From the NCBI RefSeq assembly GCF_009914755.1, contig NC_060947.1: DNA of 64,000 bases, one strand, 5' to 3'. The notes under the pieces were generated by a model. That model was not told the origin of the DNA. It worked only from the letters and a program-made list of their open reading frames with translations, and ran no database searches. Shown piece by piece: positions 35,501 to 49,916 of the stretch; positions within the stretch are counted from its first letter, which is position 1, and every line of letters starts with the position of its first letter. The DNA comes from the human T2T-CHM13v2.0 reference genome, Homo sapiens. A program made the translations under genes and the position numbers.

Positions 35501-38500
35501 CCCTTTGGCAAACAATTTGAGGGTGGCATTGTCACTACCTCATTGTATATAGGGTCTCTTGAGGCCCAGAATGGCAAAATAATTTTCCCAGTGTCACACA
35601 GCGAGTTATTGTCAGAGTAAATATCAATTTTGAATTTGTAGACCACGTGGTTTTACCTCATCATTTCTGTTTGTTATGAAAGTTTTACAAATAATTAGAA
35701 GTAGAAATAATGATTAAAATAAAGCATAACTACTAAAAAATAGTTTATTGCAGCACCACCTAAATTCATCTCACCACTCTACCAGTAGCATACATTTCAC
35801 AATTGGGTTAACATTGCTCTGGATCTTATAGCTGTTGAAGAAGACAAAATTCTTTCCATTCTCCAGCTTATATTTTCCCCATTTGTAAAACATAATGGAA
35901 GTGTACGGAAAATAGGAGTTGATAATTTTTAAGGCCCTTGCCAGCACATTAGTACATAGGATTCTTGCAAGTGGTGGTTTACTTCACTTCAACTATAGAA
36001 GGCCTATGCGACACCACCCATAGAGGGTAGTTTGAAAGAAAATGCTAGTGACTACGTGTGTTTCCTTCCTGACATATTTTATAGAAGGTGATGAGTTCCA
36101 GCATTTTTTCAGACTTGGATCTGGCTTTCATTCCCCTTCTCCTCCCACCCTCTAAAACAACAGAGGCAGCAACCATTTACACACTTTCCAGAAGTAAGTA
36201 AGTAAGACTGTATTCCAGAAACACCCTATATCAAAATGGAAATATACTCAAGTGCCCCAATGACCCATTGGGCTAGTTTGAACGTGTGCAGTCTCTGTGC
36301 TCCCCGTTTTAGCTTAAGCCTACTCCCTAACCTGTCATATGTCACCCAGCCATGGAGCCTAGGGCAATGACTGCCATCATATCTGACTTTATGGCCTCTC
36401 AGCTTTCAATGACTAGCTTTGTAGCAGAAGTTTAGCCTCTCATCCCCATAACTTTGGAAGTAGTGTTGAGATAAAGAAACGTTGAATTGAAGGTTGTGTT
36501 TTCTAGATTTCTTTCAATTGCTCCTTAGGCTTTAGAAGATAAATTCTCCTAAAAGAGAGGTGCTACAATTAATCCAAGCAAAGGGAAAGATGTCAGTAAA
36601 ACTGCCCCTTTTCATAGAGGTGTGGCAACTGCTGGGAAGGAAGAAATTAGCCTGAGGCCATGTGATTACTAATAAACTCAAAGCGGCATTTTTTTACTTC
36701 TCAATATGAGGTTGAAACTATAAGCTTAAATTGCTGACTTTCTGGCAGCACCAAACAGTAAGGAAACCACAAAGATAAACCCAAATAATAGAGCCAATTT
36801 TCTTTTTTTCCGGGGGGGATGACTTCTAACTAGTGATATGAGGAAGGATAAGAAAATGTTTCTTTGTAGGACATATGATCTTTGCTAAGTGCACTGAATG
36901 TATGTAGAGGAGACAAGTCTGCTGAGGGTATGAGAATTGGGCCAAGATTTAACACATTTTCAAAGCTCCATGAAGAAGCCTACTGAGCAGTGGGAGTGGA
37001 GCAGGTTGGGGATAGTGAAGTATTTGTAATTCATTTTTAAAAAGGAGAGGGAGAGAGAAAAGGAAAAACTGGGCCACCCATCCTTTGAAAAGAAACCTTG
37101 AAAGAGGTCCAAATATCCTTAGAAATCCTTGACTTCTTAAAAGTGATGTTTGTTTTTTCCCCCTGACAATTATAGAGGTCAGAGAGTTTTTCTTTTCTAT
37201 TACAAAACATTGAGAGTGTGTAGAAATAATTGTAGGTAGCTTAGCCTTGGCTGTAGTCAGAACTTTTGTACTGTGACTTTAGGATCTGTATGGAATCGTA
37301 TGATATGCGGATACACCAAAAACTCTATGGGTTATCAAAATGGGATAGCATTAAAAGAAATAGTGCTTTTGTTTAGAAGAAGAAATGAAATGCTTGTGTC
37401 CAGATGCTTAAAGGAAGGCAGTGCAGACTTTCAGAAACTAGACTTTAAGAGCTGTACTCAGATACTGAGAAGGGCTGATGGCTGAAGGAGGAACAATTTA
37501 AAAGAATAACCGTCTCTCCTCTCCCTGTATATTGGACATAAAAGAATATCCCATTCTTTTCAGAAATGTAATACAACAGTTTAGCTTGCTAGTAACTTCA
37601 CATGCTATTTCCTTTACCTCTTATATTTGAGGTGTCTATTTGGAGTGGGCTGTGTTTCTAGCTATTCTGTTTATCTGGTTTGTTTTTGTTGGTGTAGGAA
37701 ACTGGTATAAATTTTATTTGGGTAAATATCACCTCAATTTTCAACTAAAGCTTTATTTAAGTTTCACATGAAAAAGACAAATGAGGCAAAGGAAGAGAAA
37801 AATGCATTGTCAGAATCAGAATTATGAGAAAAAAAGTCAAACAAACATATTTGAAATGTCCAGAAAACCTGTGAGTTTTTATGTATACTATACAGGAAAG
37901 ATATTCTGTCATCTGGTTGCCAAACTATGGAGGGTGGGAGACTTCGAATTTTTGTCAAAAAGTATTCTTTCATTAGAAAGATACATGGGTGTGCTTCCAT
38001 GTCAGCAACATGACTGCAGACCAGGAAGTCCTCACGGAGAGCTGGAATATGGGTATTTTGGACTCTCTGGTTAGATGCAGCTTTTACTTCACATCCTCAG
38101 TGGTACTACTGTAAATTTTCATTTTCCTGTGGAATACCCTATTTGGTTCCATTGTATATAGTTGACAACTAGAATTCGTTCGCTGTTGCTTGAGCCCAAC
38201 TATAACTTCTTGGCACTATACCTATCTTCTGATGTGCCTGTGGAAGAGCTACCATAATGAATGTGTACATGGACAAAAAAAAAGAGAGAGAGAGAGAGAA
38301 TTAAATCATGAGTTTGTGCCTTGGGAGCTACAGTTTAAACATTTGCTGTTTTTCTCACTTAATGAAAAATTTATTTGAAAATAACAGCACAGAAAGGAAG
38401 AAAGACAGGCTGGCAAGCATCCTCCTCCTAATACACTTATCCACGTTTGGATACCTTGGTCTCAGCCTCAGAGGTCATATTTTTAGTAAAATGGCCACCA

Positions 38501-38747
38501 GAAATAAAGGATTTTATTTTCCAGACTTTGGTGTTTGGAGCTGGTGTGCTGAGAGCTAGCAGAGAAAGCCCTACTCAGGTAGATGTACCAGAGCAGGATG
38601 GTTGCTGGTGGATATGGTGGAATACCTTTTATGTGGTTATCTCCTCCTTGTAACTCTTGGCTGCATAACCCTTATTTTCTTTTCTATTTTTATTCTCTCT
38701 CTTGGAAAAAAAATTGGTGGTAAATTTTCATGTGAGCCATATTGTCT

Positions 38748-39700
38748 TTTTAAATAGTTTTATTAATATAAAATGTACGTACCATAAAGCATACCCATTT
38801 AAACTGTAAATGTCAATGGGTTTCTCTCTCTCTCTCTCTTTTTTTTTTTTTTTTTGGATGCTCAGAGTTGTGCAACAATTATCAAAATCAATTTTGGAAC
38901 AATTTCATTGCCCCAAAAGGAAACCCTCTGCCCATTAGCAGTTACTCCCCATTTCCCCCACCCCCTGACCCTTCAACCCTAGGCAAGCACAAATGTACTT
39001 TCTGTCTCTATAGATTTAGCCATTCTGGACATTTCATGTAAACAGAATCATGCAATATGTCACCCTTTGTATCTGGCTTCTTTCACTTAGCATGATGTTT
39101 CCAAGGTTCATCTGCATTGTAGCATCTGCCAATACTTCATTCCTTATTTATGGCTGAATAATATTCCATTGTATTAATGTATCATATTTGTTTTTTCCAA
39201 TCATCAGTTGATGGACATTTGGGTTGTTTTCATCCTTTTTTTAGCTATTTTAAATAATGCTGCTATGAACGTTCGTGTACAAGTTTTTGTATGAACATCT
39301 GTTTTTATTTCTCCTTGGTATACACCTAGGAGTGGAATTGCTGGGTAATATGGTAGCTTAACATTTAATCTTTTGAGGAACTGCCAGATTTTTCCAAAGC
39401 AGCAGAATCATTTTACATTTTGACCAGAAGTATATGAGAGTTTTAGTTTCTCCACATCCTCAACAACACTCATTATTGTCATTGTCCTTTTCAGCTTTTT
39501 TGATAATAGTAATCTCAATGGGTGTGAATTGGGACCCCATCATGCTTTTGATTTGCATTTCCTTGAAGAGTAAGGATATTGATCATCTTTTCATGTGCTT
39601 ATTGGCCGTTTGTATATTTTTTGATCCTTTGCTCATTTCCAAATTGGGTTATTTGTCTTTGCATTATTGAGTTGTAAGATCTTACAATATATTTTGGATG
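38748..39700 (-). mobile_element. Old L1M (L1MB-like) 3' fragment, antisense, with an internal (CT)n/polyT tract
   Basis: TCTGGCTTCTTTCACTTAGCATGATGTTTCCAAGGTTCATC, GATGGACATTTGGGTTGTTT, CCTAGGAGTGGAATTGCTGGGT. Confidence 0.9.
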
Positions 39701-42389
39701 TTTGTCATTTTAGGGATGATACTTCACAGTTATATGATGTTTTCTAGCAAGCATTTGCGTTGTTCTACTGGTGTTACATATCTTAGCTGCATTAGCCACT
39801 TTGCTGGGTATGAATGCCAGCAGAATCTAAGTGACCTTGGCTTCACTACTGAGAATGCAACCCAAGAACAGAAATTTGTCAGAAATTTAGCACTGAAGCC
39901 CCCCACTTCCCAAACTTATCTGGGACAAGGAGAATCTACATTTAAAGCTCTATACTTTGTGTTGTGTTTTTTTTACTTTAGCTTGGTTGGATTTAGGATC
40001 TTTTCTTTTTGTTTTGCCTTATGCATACCTAAGCAGAGGCAAGGGAGGAAAGGGATATGAACCTGGTAGAAAAGTAAGTAAGCTTTATTCAGATTGGCAT
40101 ATCCATCTTAATATGGTTCAATTGGCTGAAGAAGTATCTCAACTAAAACTCTGGAATACTTTGAAGTACCAGCAATATGTACCAAATGTACTTTTTATTT
40201 ATGTTTGGTCTCTATGTACTTGTGTGTGAAACAATGAGCACAAATAATACCCTCCTTGTTTTTAAGCAATTTATATTGGTGATTTAAAAATAAAATAAAC
40301 TCAAGTGGGAAATCATGAAACCCCATGTAAAAACAATAAGAGCATGTTTTAAAATCCCACAGACTTTAGTTTCAAATAGTGGTTTTGCTATTTCTTAGCT
40401 GTGTGTCACTGTGCAAGTTACTTTGTTTCTCTGAGTCTTTATTGGTGATATATGTAAAAACCCACCTTCTCAAATTATTGTGAGGACAAAATGAAGTAAT
40501 TAACATAAAGTTCCTGGTGTATAATAAGTGTTCATATTTTGTATTTGAGCACAGGGCAACTGGGTTTTTGAAACTGCACATTACTGTTGCAGTCAAATCT
40601 GGCATGAAATTAGTGCATAGACAGAATGGGCTGGGAAAATGAAAGGACTTTGAACATTTATATTCTGCTTTATTTAGGCATAAGTGCTTAATAATTATTG
40701 ATAGTTTCTTCTGGTTATCTGACATTTTGAAGATACTATTACCTAGCAGAAATTTCTTGTAATAATAATCTCTTACACTTATATACTGTTTTGTGCCTTT
40801 AGAAGTACTTAATGCTCTTTATTTCACTATCTGTTCATAAACATTCTCTGAAGCAAGCATACAGTCAGTATGAATTCCATTTTTCAGATGAGACAGCTGA
40901 GGCTGAAAGACATAGAGTTACTTGTCTCAATTCACAAAGTAAAGTGCCAGAGTTTGAACCAGAGCCCAGGTCTTCTCTCTCAACGTAGCTCTTTTTCTCC
41001 TTCATTATATCAGGCATAGTAGCAACGTATTCTTTTACTAGCTTTTTATCTTGAATATCCTTTTAGCGACTTGCCTTTGGTGTTAGTGTGCCTATAACAT
41101 TGTCGTTGAATATCTTAATACATTTAGTGGTCTTGGCAAGCAGTTTTGTCTTCAGAAGGACACTGAAATCTGTGGAAAGGACTGCAGAAGATTGGGTGGG
41201 CAGACACCTATCACTTTCGGGGCTGGTAGACTTTCTATTGAAGCAATTTGCAAGGCTACTTTGTATTGTCTAAAAGCACTACTTCAGAAAAGGGTTGTGA
41301 TGTCAAAATAGGCACTTTGAGTGAAGAAAGGGCTGTAAGCATGGGTGGAAAATGTGGTAGATGATTGTCTTGAGTTATTTTCTTTAATGTCAAACAGGCA
41401 GTCCTTGGAATGCTACTTCAAAAAGTGTTGTATAATGTTGAAGATACAGTTACAGATTTCCAACACGAAACTCATAAATATGCAATTCCCTGTCCTCCTA
41501 GGCACATGAAGGAAAATTTATGAGCTTCAGGTTTCTATGCAGCTATTAAAGCATATTTAATCTGCTTTGAGCTCAAGCTCACTCTCGTTGGCTCTCTTCG
41601 TTTCTTCCTCTTACATGAGCAAACTGCCTTTCTTTTTGTTTAAAAATAGTAAGTAGGTTTGTTTTCCTCCAGGTGTCATGAATGCAAACATTGTAATTTC
41701 TCATCTGTTCAGCCTTTTTGCACAACAAAATGGCAGCACCCAGGAGGTTGAAAGGGTTAAATTGTTCCTTCTCTGAGTAGTACCATAAGTTGTTAGTCTG
41801 CTACTCTTTCTCCCAGTTGGCACATGACCCTAACATCCAATCGCTAGTGGTGTGGCCATTTTTTGGTCTTATTTTGGCCTTTCCTCAGCCACCACTCATC
41901 AGTTCTCATGCGTATTTGTCAGATCCTGCTCCCCAACTCCACAGTTCTTAGTTCATCTTAAGCATATGGCTGTCTGTCTTTTCTCTAAAGATCCTCAAGG
42001 GAAAAAAAAAAAAGCATCTCCAGGGGGAATTTACTGCCTCATAGCCCTGACAGAGATTTCTGACCAAACCCTAACGAAAAAATTTCTTCCCTCCATTTGT
42101 CTTTTATTGTTTTTACAGGGGAGATATGTAACATAATAACAATTATATTGCACATAATAATTACTTCTACAAATAATAATCTGTTGTCAAAAATATACAC
42201 AGCTTTGGATTTCCTTATTATGGCCCTTCATTAAGTTGTGGTTTAAGAATAGCTATGATTATTACTTTTGTGATAATTATAATCCATAATATGGAAACTT
42301 ATAAAATTACCTTTAAAGTGTTACTATTATTCTGGCCACAGGATGGAAAGTTGTTCGCTAGTTACTCATTTATAACCTGAATGTACTTT

Positions 42390-42770
42390 TTACTGAATCT
42401 AAAGGTATCATCTTTGCTTGGCAATTCCCATGACTTGTCTTTCTGACTCTTCAGATCTCAGCTTAAAAGCTCTCCCTTCAAAGAAGCCTTCCCTGACCAC
42501 TCTGGTTTTTTCTTCTTTTTTTACCTCTACTCCTTTTCCCATTACTTGCTGTCATAGCATTCTGTTTGTTTCCTTTGAAGTGCCTATTCCAATTTGTCAT
42601 TATGAATGAGTTTTTTTGTTCTGTTGCTTATTATCCATTTTCCCCACTAGATTGTCAACTCTGTGAGGGCAGAGACCATGATACTCTGTTCACTCCTATA
42701 TACATTCCCAGCACTATCAGACTTTTTGGCACATAGAAGATACTCAGTAAATATTTGTTGAATGAATAAG
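42390..42770 (+). mobile_element. L2 3' end (another copy at about 48110-48440)
   Basis: CCCACTAGATTGTCAACTCTGTGAGGGCAGAGAC...TGGCACATAG..ACTCAGTAAATATTTGTTGAATGAAT. Confidence 0.8.
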
Positions 42771-44489
42771 TCATAAAGAAGAGTTTATATTTTAACTCTT
42801 AGTTGAATAATCTAAGCCAAGAATTATCAACCTGGGTTGGACGTGAGAATCATTAATGAATCTTTAAAACAATGACAAGGCAATCTATTTATTAATTATC
42901 TCCAGGTCTAAACTTTAGCACGTATATACATTTTAAAAGCCCATAAGTGATTCTTACGTATAGCCAGTGCTATCTGTCTCTTCTCCTGTCCTTTCCCCTC
43001 CTCTCCTTACTCCTCTCTCATAGTTTTAGGATTAGCATGGCCCCACAACAAATCTTTAATTCACATGGCAATTTCTAGGATTTATCATGGAAAATGAGCC
43101 AAATTGCCTTCAAGAAGTTTTTACGTACCTCTTATATAGAATGTGATGTTTTATATGTACCTCTTATAGAATGTGAGCTTTTAAGAGGCATATCTTATTG
43201 CAAGAAATTTCAATGTTGAAAAAAATATTGAATATTTATAAAGTCAAAAATGCAAACTTTTATATGATTTTCAAACCTATGAAGTTATATCATGTTCAGG
43301 CCTTCTTTCCAGCATGTGGCTCTCAGCCCTGGTACTGTCCTTAACCATAAACCTCATCTTTGCCCTCTATAGGGAGAGGTTTATGGTTATAATTACTCAT
43401 TTTAAATAGTGTATATTAGTAATGTACACTATTTGTATATTTGTTGACTGCCTCCTATATGCCAACCACTATGCTAGAAATTTTGTAATATTCTTCACGA
43501 TATTCAAGATATTAACATATCCGCATTTTATAAATGAGGAAACTGCTCTCAAAGAGGTTAGTTTACACAGCCAGTAAGCCGCTAAGCCTAGATTGGATGG
43601 AAGGTATGTGAGAAAAAAGCAGCATCCATAAGGTTTTCATTCTCCTACCCTGTACGACAGAGGTAATAGAAATTATTAGTTAAAGAAATAATAGAATTTT
43701 ACAAGACTCTAGGAAGGGAGAATGTGAAGGATACAGTTCTCAGTTACTGGAATGAGTGCCAGAGTACCAGTACATGGCTTGCCTTGGGGTTTGGACTACC
43801 TATCTTAACTCCTTTGCTCCTCCCAATCTTGATCTCATTTGTTTGAAAGATCATCTGCCCAACATAAAAATGCATTTCTAATTCTGTAATTTAAGTCAGT
43901 GGCAAGATCAGATTCAGTTAAAGTTTACTTTCCTGACAGCTTTTTAGTATCATATCTATTTTGCAAAACTCTAGTGATAAATGTATGCACATTTACACAT
44001 ACAGCATCTCTTCTGATTCTGACTAAGATATTACTGGGTTGTGTAGAAGTGATGGGCTCTTTAGAAGAAAGGTTTGATATACTACTAATCTAAGGACTGA
44101 ATTTTCTCATCTTTGTCTTTGCCCCTTTTGACTGATGACCAGAGCAGGAGCACATAACATTCTTTTGTGCTAACAGTATCTCTGCATCACATTGATCAGG
44201 AGAATTGGCATCTCCAGAGCCCTGGGATGGTAACTTCTCTGTTGATTTTCAGGAAAGATTAGGTGATATTTTCTCCATGGGAAGAGGATGTTTGATGTGT
44301 GTTGGCTTTAGCAAAAGGAAGCTTGTGGAGTCAACTGTAAGTAGACAGAATTGCCTTTGACTTAATCTGTTTCAGTCGTTGTTCATACTCAGGTCCTCCA
44401 GAGGACCTTTAAGCATTTTTATTGACTTTGTGGTCTATTACACGAAACTAAAGATACTGATTCTCAGTCATGAGTCTGCTCCAAAATTG

Positions 44490-44630
44490 CCTAGGGAATC
44501 AAAAATAATTGTACCAGTTCCTATTCCTGGACATTATGATTCATTTGGTCTGGTATGAAGGCCAGGAATCTGTATTTTTAAAATTCACTCAAGCAATTTT
44601 CATATATAGCTATAATTGAAAATCTGTGGC
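44490..44630. mobile_element. MER5-like hAT fossil (similar relic at about 42830-42970)
   Basis: TGATTCATTTGGTCTGG...GGCCAGGAATCTGTATTTTTAA resembles the MER5 core. Confidence 0.5.
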
Positions 44631-46807
44631 TGAACTTCTCCACTCCCGTATCCATCGCAATACTTCCCCAAGGTGGCATTTAAGATGGGCCTAGAGGGTT
44701 ATATAAGATTTCAATATTAAAACATGGATTAAAAGTGAAGACTTTTCACATGGAGATAATTTGGAAGAAAAACTTGCAAAAATGTGAGAGCATTGAGAAC
44801 TTTTCTTTCCCAAGGAAAGAAGTGGCAGCTTCATTTTTGGTCATTGCAAACAGCAGTGCCATACATGAAAGGAAAGTGGTGGTGCTCATCAACTTTGAAT
44901 AACTTTGTACAGAACCCTTGAGACTCCTCTCTGCTTATAAAGAAAAAGTGTCAACTGTAAAGTTGATTTATTTATGAACCATAGGCTACTATGAAATCTC
45001 TGTTCCCAGCTAGAGGCCTGGGAGAGTAAGATAACTACTTGTTTATTCCACGGAGCCACTTATTAGCTTTTTCTATAGCACATACCTCAAATGAAGCATT
45101 TCAATAAAAGAACCACATTCTATTCACATGCTTCATTTTATTCTGATTTATGTAAAAATTCCCAAACTCCTCAAGCAGTGTTTCTTTGTAAGGCAATAAT
45201 CTTCAGTTCTGTTGCAAAGGTCAGGAGTGATAGAATGAAAATGGTACTAGATACAACAGCTCTTTGGTATTTGCATGGCCATTACATTGCCATGGGGCTG
45301 CAAGACTTGTGAGTGCTTGATATTTTGCTTGTTGATGAATGAGTCTGTGTTTGTGCTAATGGAGTGATTTGAGAGGTAGTTCTCCACTGTCAGTCAAGAG
45401 GTTGGTTTTGAAAGCTGATTGCCAATGGTCATTCTGCTAACCACTCTGGTTCTCCTTTAGATAGAGACTTATTCAGATTCAAGTCTTCATGTACTTTGTG
45501 GCATAAACATTGTACACACCAGATGTATTCAACAACCATAAAAAAAAACAATTAGGACTCAAGTAGTATGTCAGAGTGTAGTCACTGATGATATATAATT
45601 CTCCACTACCAAGAAGATGGAAGCACACTGTTGAGTAGCTACATCCTACATATGTTGGCCAGAATTTAGGAATACACATGTGATCTATACATTTTGAGGT
45701 ATTGTCTGACCCCTAGAAAATCCTGGTGAAGTTTTTCTGGTGTCAGTTTGGTCTTAATGTTTAGGAAATGCCCACAGACTACTCCTGCTTTCTGCTTATT
45801 CACATAGTAAACGCAAAGCACAGGACTAGTTTGTCATCTGGATCAAGGAGAAATGAGTTAGCAGATATAAAATAAATCAGAAAGGAGGTAGTTCTCAAAT
45901 ATTTACTCCATGAATAGTTGCTGGATGTTCATTAACTCTATAGCATTTGTTACTACTTATTGGGGATCCTGGAAAGAAAATATATTGTCTATATCCACTG
46001 TTCACTGAGGCCCTCTCCCTACCCAGAAACTCCCTGTCTCCATCACTCACTCTCCACATTCATTGACCCAGGGGAACAGTTCATGGATGAGTGAACTTGA
46101 GCTCTATCTTAAAGGATGGAGTTCGATTTCAAGGCAAGAGGTATAAGAGAAAGTTCAGAGACAACACTGGCTATGGTCTTTGTGAAGAAAAGTGAATTGA
46201 ATAGGCTCCTGTGGAGATCTTAAGTAAGTACTTCTGGAGATAAGGTTGAGGAAAAGTAGGTTTGAATCTTCATCCAGAGGTAGCCCCTAAATGTGTTGAG
46301 TTTATTGAAAGAGTACTTGACTTGGATTCAGACAGATCTGCATTTGACTCCTGTTTTGCCATTTATAAGAATTTGAGTAATTATTGTTTCTAAATAAGAG
46401 TTTATTGAGCCAAGCACTCAGTAAATGTTTGAATGGGAAAATTAACTGCCCTGTTTTTCTATTGTCAGATGGTCCTCTTCGTTGGATAACTTGGTAACTG
46501 TTGATAACCTTTTCTCAGGAATCAGAAGGTAGAAAGGTTGGGAAAATATAAGAAACAAAAAGGCATATTCCTATTTTTATTTTCATATTGTCTTCCAACT
46601 CTCCCAGGCTTCTTTGTTTGCAAGGCTGACTTTTATAATACTTTTTGGGTAGAGCAGGTCCTTCTTTGGTTTGGGGTTAAACCGTGAGTAACCTTATTTT
46701 CTAGGTCTCAGCCAACTTTGAAGGGCATGAACTCACAGTAGCCTCACTAGGATCACTTCAGCAGTGAGAATTTATCTTTCTTGTATAAAAGTGTAAGAGT
46801 TGATGGC

Positions 46808-47109
46808 GGCCAGGCGCAGTGGCTCACGACTGTAATCCCAGCACTTTAGGAGGTTGAGATGGGTGGATCACCTGAGGTCAGGAGTTCAAGACCAGCCTGA
46901 CCAACATGGTGAAACCCCATGTCTACTAAAAATACAAAAATTAGTTGGGTGTGGTGGCACGTGCCTGTAATCCCAGCTACTCAGGAGGCTGAGACAGAAG
47001 AATTGCTTGAACCTGGAAAGCAGAGGTTGGAGATTGCAGTGAGCCGAGATTGCACCACTGCACTCCAGCCTGGGTGACAGAGTGAGACTGTCAAAAAAAA
47101 AAAAAAAAA
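46808..47109 (+). mobile_element. Alu (AluSx/Sq-like), full length
   Basis: GGCCAGGCGCAGTGGCTCAC...polyA; TSD AAGAGTTGAT(G/A)GC. Confidence 0.97.
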
Positions 47110-49901
47110 GAGTTGATAGCAAAATAACTATCTGTAGCATAAACCTCAGTATTCTTTATCATTCAGTATCAACATTATTACTGAAAACAATAAGCAATAT
47201 GGACTGAGTTTCTGTGGGGTGGAAATGTGAAGTGGATCATAGCATGATATAACTTGTCATTTGGCTTCCTTTATAAACATTATCAACTACCTCAGCTCTA
47301 TCAATCACTTGGCAGTCCGTAGTGAACATTATAACTCAAATGACTAGTCAGGTCTGTTCATTGCCCATGTAAAGGCATATACCTGAAGTGAGAAGTCTGA
47401 GGTAACTTAGCAATAAGCTTGCAGTACAGTGTTTAGTGAAGCCGAGGAATTCAAGGATTTGAGTCATGCCAGATTGCTCCATAACCATAGCCTATCTTTG
47501 TCACAAGTAAGAAGGTTTAAAAATCACCATACCATTATTGGTCACAACGTTTGGAGATAGGGAAGAGTTTGTGGATGGATCATGGCAGTGCATGGACAGT
47601 GATTAGCCCATAACACAACCAGTGAACACTGTTGTACCCAAAGCACATAAATCACCACATATACTATTAATATATTTATGGATGACAACAGACACTATAA
47701 TTTTATGTCAGTGCTTTCTGCTGTGAAAAACAAAGAAAGTTAAGGGTACCTTTTTTATATTTGCATCATATCTCCAGACCTTTTCCTTTATCTCCTTCTT
47801 GCAAGTTCTTCTTTCTTTCAGCTGACTATCTGCTGTTCCTGCTATGGCTCCCAGTGGCTTTTCAAGAGGGTACTTGTTTTTTAAGAGAAGACCCTTGAAG
47901 GACAGAGAGAGCCTGAATCATTCAAAATAATGAATTACTCAGGATGAAATTTCAATAATTTGCAAGTGTGTGGAGATAGATATTTTGAGGAAGCATAATT
48001 TTCTATGTACCCCTCAAATCATGGCTGGAGATGACAGCCTCTTCCACCTCCATATAAGACCATTTCATTTCCTTCTACTTTTTTCTCCCTCCTTCCCCCA
48101 AACACACAAACATACACATATCCTGTGCTTCAGTCACACAGAACTTCTTACTATTTCATTTCAATTCTCTATGGCTTTGCATGTTCTGCTCCTTCTGCCT
48201 AGAATGCTCCTTTCCTTTTTTCACCTGGAAACATCCCAATTCAAATGTCACCTCCCTTATTTATACCAACTTTGTCTGTAACTCCTTTATCACACTTCTT
48301 CCTGTGATTAGTCAATTCACTTGTCTGCTGTTACACCTCTATGAGAGATGAAAATTCCTTCTCCATCTCTGGAACTCATGCCCTTCGCATATAGTAGGCA
48401 ATCTGTAAATGTTTGAAGGTTGAGTGAATTAATGAATGACCTTCAACCTTTCAGGCTTCCAATTTTCTCTCTGAAAAGGACAGCCAAATGAAAACTCATA
48501 ATTTTAGAAGATGAGGTTAGACGGTTGGTAGGTGCATGCAGAGACCAGTTATTATTTAGGTATTATGGAAGTTTATAGTTCTTGTATGTTGAGTTCAGTG
48601 TAAGAGTGGCCCCAAACATAGTTAATGACCACTCCAGACCCAGTTGTTATAGAGTTGGCCCCAGCTGTATTGCTTCTATTTAAGACTAGGATAAGAAATG
48701 ACACTTTCCTACTTTTTACCTTATTGAAAGGGTAGAGGCTCACTGTTATCAATCTCAGTTCACTTGTTGATTGCACTGGCTTGCCAAGTGAGAATATTAG
48801 CACCTCTGCACATTTCTATAGCTCTGCCACTTATGAGATCTTTCCTTCCCATTGTCATATTTAATAATCAGGATAGCCCTATAAAATATGCATTCTCATT
48901 TCCCAGATGAGGATACTAAGGCTCAAGTAGGAGAACTTACTTGTTTAGTAAGATCATACAGCTAGGAAGTGGGAGAGGCAAGAGTTGAACCCAGATCTTC
49001 CTAGCTCCTAGTCCATTGTTCTGTCTACTGGGTCACACTGGACCAGCCAGGAGGCAGGAAAATCAGCTGGGGAATGTGGTGCCAACGTGTGATGTTTGCC
49101 TAAATGTGTGCATCCTTGCTGGAAGCCAGCCATGATTCATGCTGCATAAGTATTCATTAATGTTCATTTCATTTATTTGGCTATCCATATGCTTTCCAGG
49201 GCGAAGGCAAGCTAGGACAAGGGCAGACAAGCAGCCTTAAAGTTTGGGTGCTTTCCTTCGAAGTTGAGCTGCCTGTTTGAAAATCACACTTTTTGGTGAT
49301 AGAAGATGGTTCCAGTACAGATTTTATTTATTACTGCATCTACATGGATAGACATTTTCCAAAGCATAGCTGAAAATATGTGTAAGTCCCAGAATATTTT
49401 CTGATTTAGACACAGACTTTGAGCATGATAACCACATTTAGCATGTTAGGAAATTCTGTCAGAATGCTTCTGGAAAGGCTACCTTTCCAGAATGAAATGA
49501 AAAAAGAAAAGGATGGACTTTGAAACTGGCTAGATTTGGGTTATACTTACTCATAGTGTGACCCTGGCAAATGATTTAACTTCTCCGAATTTCACTTTTC
49601 TTATTCTTTGAAGTGAAATTTTAAAATGCCATCTTGCCTGATTTTTGTGAGAATGAAAATGAGATCCCACACCAGGAATTTAGAAGCTACTCAGTAAATA
49701 TTGCTTCTCTCCTTTCCCCTTCCCCAGTCCTGTCCCCCGAGACATTCAGTAGTTATTCACAGGCATGCATTCTGAAGTCTGCCTACTGCTCCATGTTGAA
49801 ATGCACTGCTCTTGCAAGGACTGATTATCTATTTTTCTGTCTTCCAAGGCCCCCTGTGTTCCACTCCACCCTCCCAATTCTGGGGGCTTCCAAAGTGGGC
49901 A

Positions 49902-49916
49902 GGTACAGAATGTTCT
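49902..49916 (+). promoter_or_regulatory. Perfect consensus ARE/GRE motif GGTACAgaaTGTTCT
   Basis: Exact match to the classical GGTACAnnnTGTTCT consensus; the motif is certain, function is untested. Confidence 0.55.
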
